A stretch of 64,000 nucleotides of DNA from Rubripirellula sp. (GTDB lineage Bacteria; Planctomycetota; Planctomycetia; Pirellulales; Pirellulaceae), in NCBI GenBank assembly GCA_965216875.1, contig OZ244207.1, positions 192,001 to 256,000 on the forward strand, written 5' to 3'. Within the stretch, counting starts at the first letter, position 1, and each line of letters begins with the position of its first letter. A model generated the notes under the pieces. It was given only the letters and a program-made list of their open reading frames with translations. It searched no databases and had not been told where the DNA came from. Shown piece after piece: positions 29,584 through 40,550 of the stretch. The position numbers and the translations under genes were made by a program.

Positions 29584-31629
29584 GTGAACATGTGGTTTCG
29601 TTGTTGCGTTGCATTTTTTGCATCGACGGTGTGTTTTTTCGGCATAGCGTCGGCCGCCGACACGGTCTTGTCGCAGGACGGCGACTTTGTTGACTTCGAT
29701 AACGTTCCGGCTGGTCGCTTCGACGAATTGAAGACCACCATTGGAACGCTGCGTCCGGCCGTGGGGCGTTCACTGATTGATGACAAGCATGCCCGAAGTG
29801 GCACTCAATGCTTGCAGCTGACCGGCGGAGAGGAATCGGCGATCACGATCGATCTGGCCGCAGACGCCGATACCAGCGGCGACCTGGTGTTTTGGGCCGA
29901 GCGGTGGACGCGGAGGAATCCCTTCTCGTTTCGGATTTCGAAGCAAACGCCCAGCGGCTGGAAAGAGATCTTCAATGGCGACCAAGAAGTTCGGGTCGGA
30001 CGCGCATTCTTGTCACACATCAAAGTGCCTCTGGGCGACGACGAGATTGAGAAACTAAGAATCACGGTGACGAGTCCTCCCAACACAGGCGTCCTGATTG
30101 ATGATTTTCGCTTGTCACCTCGTCGGCCACAAAAGATTGTCAAGGTTGAGGTTGTGCCGGTCACATTACCGGCCCTCGTTGGGAGCGATTTCAGTCCACT
30201 TCTGAAGGTTCATGTGGAAACGAATGGAAGTTTGGAACCGATCTCGCTGACCGAGCTTGAAGGAAGCGTTACGGGGATCGCGCAATTGGATTCTCTTCGA
30301 CTGAATCATAGCGAGACGGACGCCTCGATCTCTCTATCGAAGCCCGCTGCGGATGGCACATCAAGTGTGTGGAACATTTCGCCCCAACCACTCGGCGACG
30401 GAGCCAACACGTTTTGGTTCGGTTGTCGACTGAAACGAAACGCGGATATCGACCAGCGTGTGGGGGCAAGCATCAAGCAGGTCACGTTCTCAAATGGAGA
30501 AACAATTCGCCTCGACACATCGATGCTCACGCAACGCATGGGCGTGGCTTTGCGAAACGGTGGAGACGACTCAGTCAACACCTATCGCATTCCAGGACTC
30601 GCCACCACCAATCGTGGGACGCTCGTCGGTGTCTACGATGTGCGGCATCGAAGCAGCCGCGATTTGCCTGGCGACATCGACGTCGGAATGTCGCGATCGA
30701 CTGACGGTGGACGAACATGGGAACCGATGAAGGTCATCATGGACATGGGAGACGATCCCGAGTGGCGCTACGACGGCATCGGAGATCCGGCAATCCTTGT
30801 TGACAAAACCAAAGGCACCATTTGGGTAGCCGCAACATGGAGTCACGGTAATCGCTCTTGGGTTGGTTCCGGCCCCGGGCTCGCTCCGGAAGAAACGGGC
30901 CAGTTGATGCTCGTGCGAAGTGATGACGATGGCGTGAGTTGGTCCGAACCGATCAACATCACAAAACAGGTCAAGAACCCTGAGTGGTCCTTCTTGCTGC
31001 AAGGCCCGGGCAAGGGAATCACGATGCGCGACGGCACGCTCGTCTTTGCGGCCCAATACCAAGATCCTCCCGACGCAAACGACAAGCGAGCGAACCGGCT
31101 TCCCCATTCGACGATCATCTATTCGAAAGACCACGGCGAAACTTGGCTCGTCGGATCGGGCGCCTTCGATGATACGACCGAAGCGCAGGTGGTCGAGATT
31201 GAACCGGGCGTGCTGATGCTTAACTGTCGCTACAACCGCAAGGCAGCTCGCGTCGTGATGACCTCTCGCGATTTGGGCAAGAGCTGGCAGCAGCACCCCA
31301 CTTCCCAACAGTCACTGATCGAACCAGGTGCTTGCATGGCGAGCCTGATCGATGTTGACCGCGAAGTTGGAACCAACGTGGGCAACTGGCTCCTGTTCTC
31401 AAATCCCAACAGCACTCGCGGCCGTCATCACATCACGATCAAAGCCTCGTCCGATCGAGGACTCAACTGGCCAGAGCAACACCACTTGCTGTTGGATGAA
31501 GGGGGCGGCCGTGGCTATTCGTGTCTGTCGATGATCGATGCGGAAACGATTGGCATCTTGTATGAAGGCAGTCAAGCTGACATGACCTTCCAGCGAATTT
31601 CACTTGGCGACGTGGTGGACGCACCGTAA
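29584..31629 (+). CDS. Exo-alpha-sialidase (GH33)
   Basis: YRIPG motif and Asp boxes SRSTDGGRTW, SDDDGVSW, SKDHGETW, SRDLGKSW, SSDRGLNW. Confidence 0.92.
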   Translation: MNMWFRCCVAFFASTVCFFGIASAADTVLSQDGDFVDFDNVPAGRFDELKTTIGTLRPAVGRSLIDDKHARSGTQCLQLTGGEESAITIDLAADADTSGDLVFWAERWTRRNPFSFRISKQTPSGWKEIFNGDQEVRVGRAFLSHIKVPLGDDEIEKLRITVTSPPNTGVLIDDFRLSPRRPQKIVKVEVVPVTLPALVGSDFSPLLKVHVETNGSLEPISLTELEGSVTGIAQLDSLRLNHSETDASISLSKPAADGTSSVWNISPQPLGDGANTFWFGCRLKRNADIDQRVGASIKQVTFSNGETIRLDTSMLTQRMGVALRNGGDDSVNTYRIPGLATTNRGTLVGVYDVRHRSSRDLPGDIDVGMSRSTDGGRTWEPMKVIMDMGDDPEWRYDGIGDPAILVDKTKGTIWVAATWSHGNRSWVGSGPGLAPEETGQLMLVRSDDDGVSWSEPINITKQVKNPEWSFLLQGPGKGITMRDGTLVFAAQYQDPPDANDKRANRLPHSTIIYSKDHGETWLVGSGAFDDTTEAQVVEIEPGVLMLNCRYNRKAARVVMTSRDLGKSWQQHPTSQQSLIEPGACMASLIDVDREVGTNVGNWLLFSNPNSTRGRHHITIKASSDRGLNWPEQHHLLLDEGGGRGYSCLSMIDAETIGILYEGSQADMTFQRISLGDVVDAP

Positions 31630-31630
31630 A

Positions 31631-33178
31631 TCACTTTGTTTTCACGTGATGCTGTTTCGCCCACTGCAACCATAGCGATTTGAGTGACTCGAGCTTGGCG
31701 GTTTCGTTCCGTGCAAAATCTATCTGTTCCGTCCGGTCGGTACGAAGGTTGTAGAGTTCCCAGTTTTGGGTTTTGTCGCGATTGACCAGCTTCCAATCAC
31801 CCTTGCGAACGGCACGGCTTTTTTGATGTTCGTAAAAGACCGGGGCGTTTTCTTGACGCGTCGTTGCTAGAAGATCGATCCCGGCAAAACGAACATCCTG
31901 GTCCGTCCCGCTGGCCGATCCCACGATCGTTGGCGCGATGTCGATGATGTGAGCAACGTCGCGACGAAGTGACGGCGCGGTTCCCAAACGAGCCGGCCAG
32001 TGCAGGATGAGGGGCGACATCACACCTCCCTCGTGCGTGTTCGCTTTGTGCATGCGAAACGGAGTGTTCGAGAGTGTCGCCCAGCCTTTGCCGTACGTTG
32101 TCTTCACGGGAGCGTCGGGAGTGCCAACGGTTGCGGTCTCACCAACGCCGAAGGGGCCGCCCGAAGACGCGCCGCCGTTATCGGACAAGAAGACGACGAG
32201 CGTTCGATTCAGACGGCCTGATTCACGCAGTGCCTTGACGATGCGACCAACCCCGCGGTCTAGCATTTCGACCTGCGCCGCGTAAGTTGCCATTCGCAAA
32301 TCAAGGGCATCGCGTTGTCGCTGGGGCAGTGTCTTCCACGCCGGAATATCTTTCGCACGCGGTGACAGCGAGGTTTGTTCGGGAACAATTCCCAACGCCT
32401 TTTGTTTTTCGAGTCTTCGTGAGCGGAGTTTGTCCCAACCGACCAAGTAGTGTCCGCGGTGCTTTTCAATGACGTCGCGCGGAGCCTGGAGAGGAAAGTG
32501 GGGGGCATAGAAAGCCGTGTACAGAAACAGCGGCTTGTCTTTGTTTTGGGAAGTGATCCAATCGGCCGCACGGCTTGAAATGGCATCGGTGTAGAAGAAG
32601 CCGTCATCGAATGTCTTGATTTCCTTGGACCCGTCGAACAACCAAGTCGGTCGAAAGTAGTTCTTTGCACCCTCCATCGTGCCAAAGAATCGGTCGAAGC
32701 CTCGCTGTCGGGGCCAGCTGCCGTTGGGGCCGTCGTCAATCGTTTCGCTACGCGTCAGATGCCATTTGCCAACCATCCCGGTCGCATAGCCGCGTTGCTT
32801 GAGAATCTCTGGCAGTGTTGGGAAGTTCGCCGACAGCTGGCCGCGGTAACCTGGCCCCTGATTGCCGTAGGTCATGTCGCCAAGCCCAACGCGATGCGAG
32901 TATTGCCCGGTCAACAAACTGGCCCGAGAGGGACAACAACGAGACGTGTTGGAGAAGTTGGAAAAGCGGATGCCGCTGGCCGCCAACGCATCGAGGTGGG
33001 GCGTCGGAATCTCGCTGCCGTAGCAACCAATGTCGCTGAAGCCGAGATCATCGGCCATCATCAGTACGATGTCGGGAAGCTGGTCATCGGCGTGCGCGTT
33101 CCGATTGGCAACACCGGCAAGGGTGACCGCCACGAGCGTCAATAGGAGCCTGCTTATCACTGGTTGTTCAAACCTCAC
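31631..33178 (-). CDS. Arylsulfatase (formylglycine-dependent S1)
   Basis: ADDLG, CCPSRASLLTG, GKWHL, SDNG. Confidence 0.93.
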   Translation of the reverse strand: MRFEQPVISRLLLTLVAVTLAGVANRNAHADDQLPDIVLMMADDLGFSDIGCYGSEIPTPHLDALAASGIRFSNFSNTSRCCPSRASLLTGQYSHRVGLGDMTYGNQGPGYRGQLSANFPTLPEILKQRGYATGMVGKWHLTRSETIDDGPNGSWPRQRGFDRFFGTMEGAKNYFRPTWLFDGSKEIKTFDDGFFYTDAISSRAADWITSQNKDKPLFLYTAFYAPHFPLQAPRDVIEKHRGHYLVGWDKLRSRRLEKQKALGIVPEQTSLSPRAKDIPAWKTLPQRQRDALDLRMATYAAQVEMLDRGVGRIVKALRESGRLNRTLVVFLSDNGGASSGGPFGVGETATVGTPDAPVKTTYGKGWATLSNTPFRMHKANTHEGGVMSPLILHWPARLGTAPSLRRDVAHIIDIAPTIVGSASGTDQDVRFAGIDLLATTRQENAPVFYEHQKSRAVRKGDWKLVNRDKTQNWELYNLRTDRTEQIDFARNETAKLESLKSLWLQWAKQHHVKTK

Positions 33179-33202
33179 TTGTATCGCGTTGCCGCCTTTC
33201 GA

Positions 33203-36200
33203 TCACCGGTACTCAAAGTCGACGGTCGCAACGGTATCGGATTCGCTGACCGCGCGCACCCAACAAGCCGAGTACCCAGCGGGGAACGTGTGCGTGATTG
33301 GTTTGCCCGCTGGAACGCGGAAGCGTTCGTATTGGATCCACCTTCCGTTCCCGTCAACGTCGACCTCGAGGGTCAGCGAGACGGGGGCGGCCGAGTCATG
33401 AGTCAGGGCAACCGTTTTCTGATCATAGCCCCTCATCAGATAGGGATCCGATGGAACGTTTGCACGAACCGGCGAGTCCTTCCAAGGGCCGCCATTACCA
33501 ATCGGCTTGCCGAGTTTCCAAAGGTCATCGACGCCACCGAACCAGAGTCCGACTCCATTCTTGGAATCGCGGAAAACGTGACCATCTTCGATGGCATCCG
33601 CTTTGACACCGCAGAGTACGAGCAGCCCATTCCATGAACAGAAGTCGCTGATCTGTTTCCGATGGCTCGAGACAGGGCGGATCAAATTCCAGGCCGGCGG
33701 TGCACCGTTTGTGATCAATGGTAACTCGTAAAACGTACCGTGAATGTTGGCGAGGTGGCGTTCTGATTCAACTTCGCGAACGGCGCGGGGCCAGCCGCTT
33801 GTAAACGGCTTGTCGTAAGCGGCGTCACCTTTGGGAAGCCGATATCGCTTGCCGAGTGATTCAACCACAACCGAGGCCGCGTCGACACTGAATTCGGGCT
33901 CAACCTCAAGCAATGATTTCAATGATTCATCGTGCCCATCGGCCCGGAAGTGAAACGAGTTTTTGTCGAACTCATAAAACCGATCATCATCGGTGATCAT
34001 GCGCAAGTTTCGGTTTCGCTTCGCGGCATACACAAGTCCTCGCGTCACATCTGAGTCGTGGACATCGGCCAAGCCTTCAAACAACGTTTTGCCACCGTCA
34101 TTGTGGTTTGGATAGCTCGACGTCTGATGAAGGAACGCCGTTGCCACACAATCCTTGTCGACTTTGAATCGCATCCAAACGGCATCAAGCGATTGCGGAA
34201 GCAGGACAGACTTTCCTTTTCCATCCGCGACCACAAACTCGTCGAAGTCGGTCCATTGGTTCGTTCCATCGACATCGATCTGAACTGCAAAACGCACTTC
34301 ACTTTCTTTCCCAGTTGGTTTGCCTTTCACGTTCGTGACGGTTGCTGAATCGGACGGCGTGATTCGTAGCTCCGCTGCGGCAGCCGAGACGAACGCGGTG
34401 TGTGGCATCCCGAACGCTCCCTTCGTGTGTTCAACGTCGTTTGCGGGAATCTGCACCGCACCGGCGGAGAAGTCGCGTTTGTAGATGCGATCTCGATGGT
34501 TCTTTCCCCATCGCAACTCCATGTCGGTTGGGACCCATCGCCGATCGAGTTCGGGGGCGCCTCGCTGGTCCACCGCCAAGAAGACGGTCGCCGGTTGATT
34601 GATTTCGAACGAATAGCCAGCAGCTGGCTTGTGCCAATCGCCTCGCTTGATCGTCACCATTGGCAACGCGGCCAAAGATTCGGGAATCGAAGAGATCCGT
34701 TGTTGGTCGGTTGCGCGTAACAGATTCTCACGACTCGCATGCTTTCGTCCAACGCCAAGATGCAGTGTGCGTTGTTCGAAGCCAGCGACTAAGAAGGGTT
34801 CGGACCAAGTCTCCTTCGAAACTTCATCGTCCACCCATGGTCCACCATATCCATTTGCAGGCCCCCATTCTTTCAAGTCTCCATAGGTTCCGAACCACAG
34901 ATTGCTTTGGGGCTGGCCGGCAAGCGGATTGCCTTGAATGCTTGTTTCATCAGTGGCGAGAACCAGACGCCCGTTCCAATTGCAAAAATCGGGGACGTAG
35001 CGTAGGTGACTACCGATCGGGACGAGTCCGCGCGAGTTGTTGACCGAAAATGATTTGGGGAAATCGAAGAACATGCCGTGCATGTCCATCATCCAGCGAC
35101 CGTCCGTGATTTCACGAATGCGTGGCCATTCGGTATACCAACCGTGGCTGGCGTCGTTGCAATAGGATGCCTTGGGAAGCAGGTAGGTGTGCCAGTTGCC
35201 AGCCTCGAGCAATTTCAGACGCACGCTGCGGCGATCCCAACCCATCGACCAGATCGGGTCATCTCCGTTACTGCCGCCTGTGATTCCGTGGGGGCCAGTG
35301 ACTTCGGTGAACTGCCGACGTTCCACAATCTGCCATCCGTTGCCGTCCCACTGTGCAAGCACACCGCGTTCTTCGTCGTTCTCCGCTTTGCCCCCGACAA
35401 GCACATCGGCATAGTCGCCTACGTGAAGCTCGCCATTGTTCGAAACGACGAGTTTTCCTTGCGAAGTGTACCCACCTTTGGAATGCCAACCGGGAACCGG
35501 CTTCTTAAACAGCCGTTTGACGGCAAGCGTATGCACGTTGGCTTCCCAAATGGATCCTTCCATGTCGATGTAGTAAACCATGTTCGCAGGATCTTTCAGG
35601 TGCCGTGCGATCGCGGTCACACGCATCGGCATGTCGGCAGGTTGGATCGTTCGCACGTTGCCGTGCGCATCAACCAAGTGGTGGCCAATCAACAACTGTT
35701 TCGATTCAGCATGAATCATCCGGCCCGCGGGAGTGCCGCCCACACTTTCCGGGTGCACGGTCATTGGCTGGGAAAGATCTTCGTCAACCGAGAACAGCTT
35801 GTGCTCACTGCCGCGAGGCATGTGTGGGGCGTAATTGACCATCCAAAGTTTGCCAGCCCAGGGAACGATCGCACCAATCCCGCACTCGTTGTGGCCACCT
35901 TTAAAGTGCGCTCCATCTTGGCTGTAGACGCCGTAGGTCGTCAGGTGCGGGTACACACCGCTGATTTGAATGTCGGTGCGAGCATCCTCGGCCGTCTTGG
36001 CAGAAACCAATGATTGGGGCTCGGGGGCTCGAAGCGTCTTTCGATGGTGACGCAACTCCGCAGCCAAGCGTTCGACGATTTGCCGATGCTCAGAACGTGC
36101 TGCGAGGTTCCTTAACTCGTCAGCGTCATCATCGAGATCATAAAGTTCCTTAGCGGTGCCTTCAGATTCTCGTGTTTCTGTTTCGATGTATTTCCATCGT

Positions 36201-37474
36201 TTGTTGCGTACGGCCCAAAGCGGTTGGCTGCCGAGTTGAGGCGTTGGCGCCTCATAAAGAAAGCTCTGCCGCCAGTCCTTCGGTTCGTTGCCCGCGATGA
36301 TCGGCAAGAGGCTTCGACCATGAAGGTCCGCAGGGATGCTCAATCCCGCAAGCTCGTAGATGGTTGCTGTTACATCGATGTTCAGTACAAGTGCGTCTGA
36401 AAGTTGCGCTTTGGTTGACGGGCCGGCAATCGCCATCGGAACGCGCATCGATTCTTCATAGGGCAGGACTTTGCTGGTCATGCCATGTTCACCGAGGAAC
36501 CAGCCATTGTCGCCCATGAAGATCACCCATGTGTTGTCATCAATCCCCTGTTGATGAATCTCATCCAGGACGCGTCCAACGGCAGCATCCATTTGCTCGA
36601 CACTTGCGCGATAGTCGCGGATGTGGCTTCGAATGGCAGACGGATCGTCGTAGCCGTACTCTTGTCCACGCGTTCGATTGCGCGCGGACGCCAAGTATTC
36701 GGGTTTACCCTCAAGCGAATCGTCCCAAGACTTTGGCAGCGGCATTTCATCAGCGGGATAACGCTCAAGGTATTCCTGCTTCGCCGGCCACGTGTGTCGA
36801 TGGTCCATGTGAGGCACTTGTGTGCACATCCATAGCACGAATGGTTTCTCTTTTCCGACTGACTCGTCAATGAAACGAATCGATTCGTCGGCGGTCACAT
36901 CATCAACAAACCCGGGCATGGTCTTCGTCTCGCCATCGATTGTGAATCGACGGTCGTACCAAGTGCCGTTGGACCAGCAGGTCGACGCAAAATCAAATCC
37001 ACAGTCCTCGGGTGTTGTCTTGAGGTGCCATTTACCGGCAACGCCCGTCGTGTAGCCAGCCTTTCGCAGTGCGTGGGCAAAGGTGGTTTCACTTTCGTTG
37101 AGAGCAACCTTTCCAAACGAGGTCACTCCATTCGCGCTACCATAGCGTCCGGTCAGGCATGCGGCCCGGCTGGGCGAACAGATCGCCAAGGTGACAAACG
37201 CGTTTTGAAACCGAGTCCCGCGGTCCGCGATACGGTCGAGATTTGGCGTTTGGATCGCTTGCAGACCCGCCATGCCGTAGCTGTCCCAGCGATGGTCGTC
37301 TGTGAGGACAAACACGACGTTTGGCAAAACGCTGCGCGTATCCTCGGGCTCGGCTCCGGTGACCGTTCCCATGCAGCCGAGAACCGATGCCAGGCAATAC
37401 AAGAATCGCAAGATGGCGATTCGATTTACAAAAGAGAGTCGCACCGATCTTGTTTGCTTTTTAGCGTCGTCCAT
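33203..37474 (-). CDS. S1 sulfatase fused to a large uncharacterised C-terminal module
   Basis: TDDHR, CSPSRAACLTG, GKWHL, GDNG in the first ~490 aa, then ~930 aa starting ISGVYPHL. Confidence 0.85.
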   Translation of the reverse strand: MDDAKKQTRSVRLSFVNRIAILRFLYCLASVLGCMGTVTGAEPEDTRSVLPNVVFVLTDDHRWDSYGMAGLQAIQTPNLDRIADRGTRFQNAFVTLAICSPSRAACLTGRYGSANGVTSFGKVALNESETTFAHALRKAGYTTGVAGKWHLKTTPEDCGFDFASTCWSNGTWYDRRFTIDGETKTMPGFVDDVTADESIRFIDESVGKEKPFVLWMCTQVPHMDHRHTWPAKQEYLERYPADEMPLPKSWDDSLEGKPEYLASARNRTRGQEYGYDDPSAIRSHIRDYRASVEQMDAAVGRVLDEIHQQGIDDNTWVIFMGDNGWFLGEHGMTSKVLPYEESMRVPMAIAGPSTKAQLSDALVLNIDVTATIYELAGLSIPADLHGRSLLPIIAGNEPKDWRQSFLYEAPTPQLGSQPLWAVRNKRWKYIETETRESEGTAKELYDLDDDADELRNLAARSEHRQIVERLAAELRHHRKTLRAPEPQSLVSAKTAEDARTDIQISGVYPHLTTYGVYSQDGAHFKGGHNECGIGAIVPWAGKLWMVNYAPHMPRGSEHKLFSVDEDLSQPMTVHPESVGGTPAGRMIHAESKQLLIGHHLVDAHGNVRTIQPADMPMRVTAIARHLKDPANMVYYIDMEGSIWEANVHTLAVKRLFKKPVPGWHSKGGYTSQGKLVVSNNGELHVGDYADVLVGGKAENDEERGVLAQWDGNGWQIVERRQFTEVTGPHGITGGSNGDDPIWSMGWDRRSVRLKLLEAGNWHTYLLPKASYCNDASHGWYTEWPRIREITDGRWMMDMHGMFFDFPKSFSVNNSRGLVPIGSHLRYVPDFCNWNGRLVLATDETSIQGNPLAGQPQSNLWFGTYGDLKEWGPANGYGGPWVDDEVSKETWSEPFLVAGFEQRTLHLGVGRKHASRENLLRATDQQRISSIPESLAALPMVTIKRGDWHKPAAGYSFEINQPATVFLAVDQRGAPELDRRWVPTDMELRWGKNHRDRIYKRDFSAGAVQIPANDVEHTKGAFGMPHTAFVSAAAAELRITPSDSATVTNVKGKPTGKESEVRFAVQIDVDGTNQWTDFDEFVVADGKGKSVLLPQSLDAVWMRFKVDKDCVATAFLHQTSSYPNHNDGGKTLFEGLADVHDSDVTRGLVYAAKRNRNLRMITDDDRFYEFDKNSFHFRADGHDESLKSLLEVEPEFSVDAASVVVESLGKRYRLPKGDAAYDKPFTSGWPRAVREVESERHLANIHGTFYELPLITNGAPPAWNLIRPVSSHRKQISDFCSWNGLLVLCGVKADAIEDGHVFRDSKNGVGLWFGGVDDLWKLGKPIGNGGPWKDSPVRANVPSDPYLMRGYDQKTVALTHDSAAPVSLTLEVDVDGNGRWIQYERFRVPAGKPITHTFPAGYSACWVRAVSESDTVATVDFEYR

Positions 37475-37764
37475 CGTGAATCCAGTGAGGGTGAGCCGTG
37501 CTCGTGAAAACAGCTACAGAGAAAATGACCTTCACCACCGGTTTTGGACGTCAAAACTCGAGATTTATCGCAGATTCGAATCGTTATGCGATCGAAGGAC
37601 AAAACCCAATCGCTTGGTGAGCACGAAAACTCGCTCCGCCAATGGCGAGCTGCTACCATGTGTGCTCTTCCCCCTCCCCCTCCTTCCTGATTGCTTTCCC
37701 ACCACGTTCTCGTTGCGTCCACCATTTTGTTGAAGGGCGTGCGACGCTGGGACCTACCGTAGCC

Positions 37765-39219
37765 ATGGCGGAACTCTTCTCGATCGATGCGCGTCTCGTA
37801 AATCCGCTGCAGTGGCGGGCGACACGATTTGGTGTGTGTTGGTTTGCCGCGATCCTGCTGGCGATACCTGCGTTTGGTGAGGACGTTCGCGTTTTGGTGG
37901 TTGCTGGTCAAAACAACCACGACTGGAAACGCTCGACGCCCTACTTGCACTGGATCGTTAACTCGCACCCAGACATCACAGCAACGATCAACAATGCCCC
38001 TTCCTCGAACGATGACAAAGCGTGGCAAGAATGGAATCCCGATTTCGCGGCCTACGACGTTGTGATTCTCAATTACAACGGCCAGATGTGGCCCGGCTAC
38101 CTCAAAGAGAGGTTTGACCGGTACATCCGTGGCGGCGGAACCGCCATGTTGATTCACGCCGCAAACAACTCGTTTACCGGATGGTCCGAATACGAACAAT
38201 TGGTCGGATTGTTGTGGCGTGGTCGCGACTATGGTTCGAGCATTTACTTGGATGAATCTGGGCACCAAGTTCGCGTTCGACCCGGCGAAGGCCGTAACAT
38301 GGGACACGGTGGCATCTTTGATTGGATCATGACGACGCGCGCAGCGGACCATCCAATTGCTCAAGGCATGCCAACCACTTGGATGCACGCTCGCGACGAA
38401 CTGTATCACGGGCAGCGTGGGCCGGCCGAAAACATCAACGTCCTGTTCAGTGCCTACTCAGACCCCAAGCAAGGCGGCACGGGAAAACACGAACCGATCG
38501 TCTGGTGGGTGCCGCACGGCAACGGCAAAGTGCTTACCAACGTCATGGGACATGTTGGCGACATCCAATGTTTACAATGCGTTGGATTCCAAACCATCAC
38601 GCGGCGCGCATGCCTTTGGTTGTCGGGCCGAACGATTGAACCATCGCTGCCCGCAAACTTTCCAACGGCACAAGCGACCAGTATCGCCGAGATTTCGGAA
38701 GCGTTCACACGTCAACTCGAAGAAGCCCGGCTGAACGTTGTCGACCAGCCCGTTCGTCCGCGCACAGGCGGGAATCAAGGCCTCGATGGCGGGCTTCGCT
38801 ATGAAATTTACAACGGAACCTGGGATCGGCTGCCCGACTTCCGCAAGCTCACGCCCGTTGCCAATGGGATCACGCATACGATTACGGCAAAACCGATCGA
38901 TGGTTTGAGCGATCACTATGCAGTCGTCTATTCCGGTTTCATCGAAATCAGTCAGCGGGGCAGGTACACGTTTCACACCCGGTCCGATGACGGGTCGGCA
39001 TTGCTGATCGATGGCGTCGTCGTAGTCAACAACGACGGCGTGCACGGCGGGCATGCCGAAGGAGGCCGCGTGCATCTTGGTCCGGGTGTTTACCCGATCG
39101 AAATACGATTCTTCGAAAAGGATGGCGGCGAAGAGTTGTCGGTGACCTATTCGGGGCCCGCTCTGCAGACACAGAACCTTCCAGCAACGATCCTCTATCA
39201 CAAGCCGCTTGGGCGTTAA
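37765..39219 (+). CDS. ThuA-like domain + PA14 domain protein
   Basis: GQNNHDW, DELYH, GKVLTNVMGH; C-terminal GLRYEIY...YTFHTRSDDGSALLIDG (PA14). Confidence 0.8.
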   Translation: MAELFSIDARLVNPLQWRATRFGVCWFAAILLAIPAFGEDVRVLVVAGQNNHDWKRSTPYLHWIVNSHPDITATINNAPSSNDDKAWQEWNPDFAAYDVVILNYNGQMWPGYLKERFDRYIRGGGTAMLIHAANNSFTGWSEYEQLVGLLWRGRDYGSSIYLDESGHQVRVRPGEGRNMGHGGIFDWIMTTRAADHPIAQGMPTTWMHARDELYHGQRGPAENINVLFSAYSDPKQGGTGKHEPIVWWVPHGNGKVLTNVMGHVGDIQCLQCVGFQTITRRACLWLSGRTIEPSLPANFPTAQATSIAEISEAFTRQLEEARLNVVDQPVRPRTGGNQGLDGGLRYEIYNGTWDRLPDFRKLTPVANGITHTITAKPIDGLSDHYAVVYSGFIEISQRGRYTFHTRSDDGSALLIDGVVVVNNDGVHGGHAEGGRVHLGPGVYPIEIRFFEKDGGEELSVTYSGPALQTQNLPATILYHKPLGR

Positions 39220-39251
39220 AAGCCACACTGCAAACCGACGGATGACTAACC

Positions 39252-40490
39252 ATGAAGCGAAACCCTTCTTCTCGACGTGCGTTTCTAAAAACATCGTCCG
39301 CAGCCGCGGCCGCTATGGCTGCGCCGACGATTATTCCGTCCAGCGCATTAGGACGCGACGGCGCTGTCGCACCGAGTGAGCGAATCAATCTCGCGGGCAT
39401 CGGAATGGGGGGCCAGGGACGCGGCGACTTGAACGGTTTTATTGGCTTCCCCCAGGTGCAAGGCGTTGCCGTGTGTGACGTGGTCGGCCGACACTGCCAG
39501 ATGGCAAAGGACCTTGTCGATCGCAAGTACGGCAACAAAGACTGTGCGATGTACAGCGATTTTCGCGAAGTTCTTGCGAGGCCCGACGTTGATGCCGTCC
39601 TGATTGGAACACCGGACCATTGGCATGTGCCTATTGCCATCGAAGCGATGAAGCACGGCAAAGACGTGTACTCCGAAAAACCGGAAACACTCACGATCAA
39701 TCAAGGCAAAGAACTTCGCAAGGTTGTCTATCAAACCGGACGCGTCTACTCGGGCGGTAGCCAACGTGTTTGGGGTGATTACAACTGGTTCCACAAGATG
39801 GTTCGGGGCGGAAAACTCGGCGAAGTGACCGACGCATGGGCGAACGTCGGCGGACCATCCGGGCCTTGCTACCTTCCGGCCGAAAAGACACCTGACGACG
39901 TTGATTGGAATCTTTGGCTTGGTCCAGCACCGTGGCGTCCCTTTCATCAACAACTGATTCGAGGCGGGTTCAGGCCGTTTCGTGATTACTCCGGCGGCAG
40001 CACAACGGATTGGGGATGTCACACGTTTGGTGGATGTCTGTTTGCGTTGAACCTCCATCTGACTGGCCCGACCGAAATCATTCCTCCCAACGACGAACAC
40101 AAGAACCTCGTCTTCAAGTTCTCGACTGGGCAAAAGATCCATCACGGTGGCGGATGGGGAGGCATCATTAACTTCCGCGGCACCGAAGGTGAATTGTCCG
40201 AAGAGGATCGCAAGGCGGGCAAGCTAAAGGCTCCGGAAATCTACATTCCAAATTACAAGGGATCGGGTGGGATCTTTGGCGACTTCCTGCACTGTGTGAA
40301 GTCGCGCGAACAACCTTTCCGACACGTCGAAGCGGCGCACCGAACTGCGACCTGCGCCCACTTGGCCAACATCGCTTATTGGCTCAATCGACCTTTGAAG
40401 TGGGATCCCGACAACGAGGAAATCCTCGATGACCCCGAGGCCAGTCGCTGGATGGACCGTCCCGCTCGGGATGCGTGGCAGCACAGTTGA
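39252..40490 (+). CDS. Gfo/Idh/MocA oxidoreductase, Tat signal
   Basis: SRRAFLK, GIGMGGQG, TPDHWH, DVYSEKP, DWGCH. Confidence 0.92.
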   Translation: MKRNPSSRRAFLKTSSAAAAAMAAPTIIPSSALGRDGAVAPSERINLAGIGMGGQGRGDLNGFIGFPQVQGVAVCDVVGRHCQMAKDLVDRKYGNKDCAMYSDFREVLARPDVDAVLIGTPDHWHVPIAIEAMKHGKDVYSEKPETLTINQGKELRKVVYQTGRVYSGGSQRVWGDYNWFHKMVRGGKLGEVTDAWANVGGPSGPCYLPAEKTPDDVDWNLWLGPAPWRPFHQQLIRGGFRPFRDYSGGSTTDWGCHTFGGCLFALNLHLTGPTEIIPPNDEHKNLVFKFSTGQKIHHGGGWGGIINFRGTEGELSEEDRKAGKLKAPEIYIPNYKGSGGIFGDFLHCVKSREQPFRHVEAAHRTATCAHLANIAYWLNRPLKWDPDNEEILDDPEASRWMDRPARDAWQHS

Positions 40491-40550
40491 CGAGACGTCG
40501 ACATTGATTTCTGAACATTCGACATCTGTGATTCACTGGAATTGGAAACC

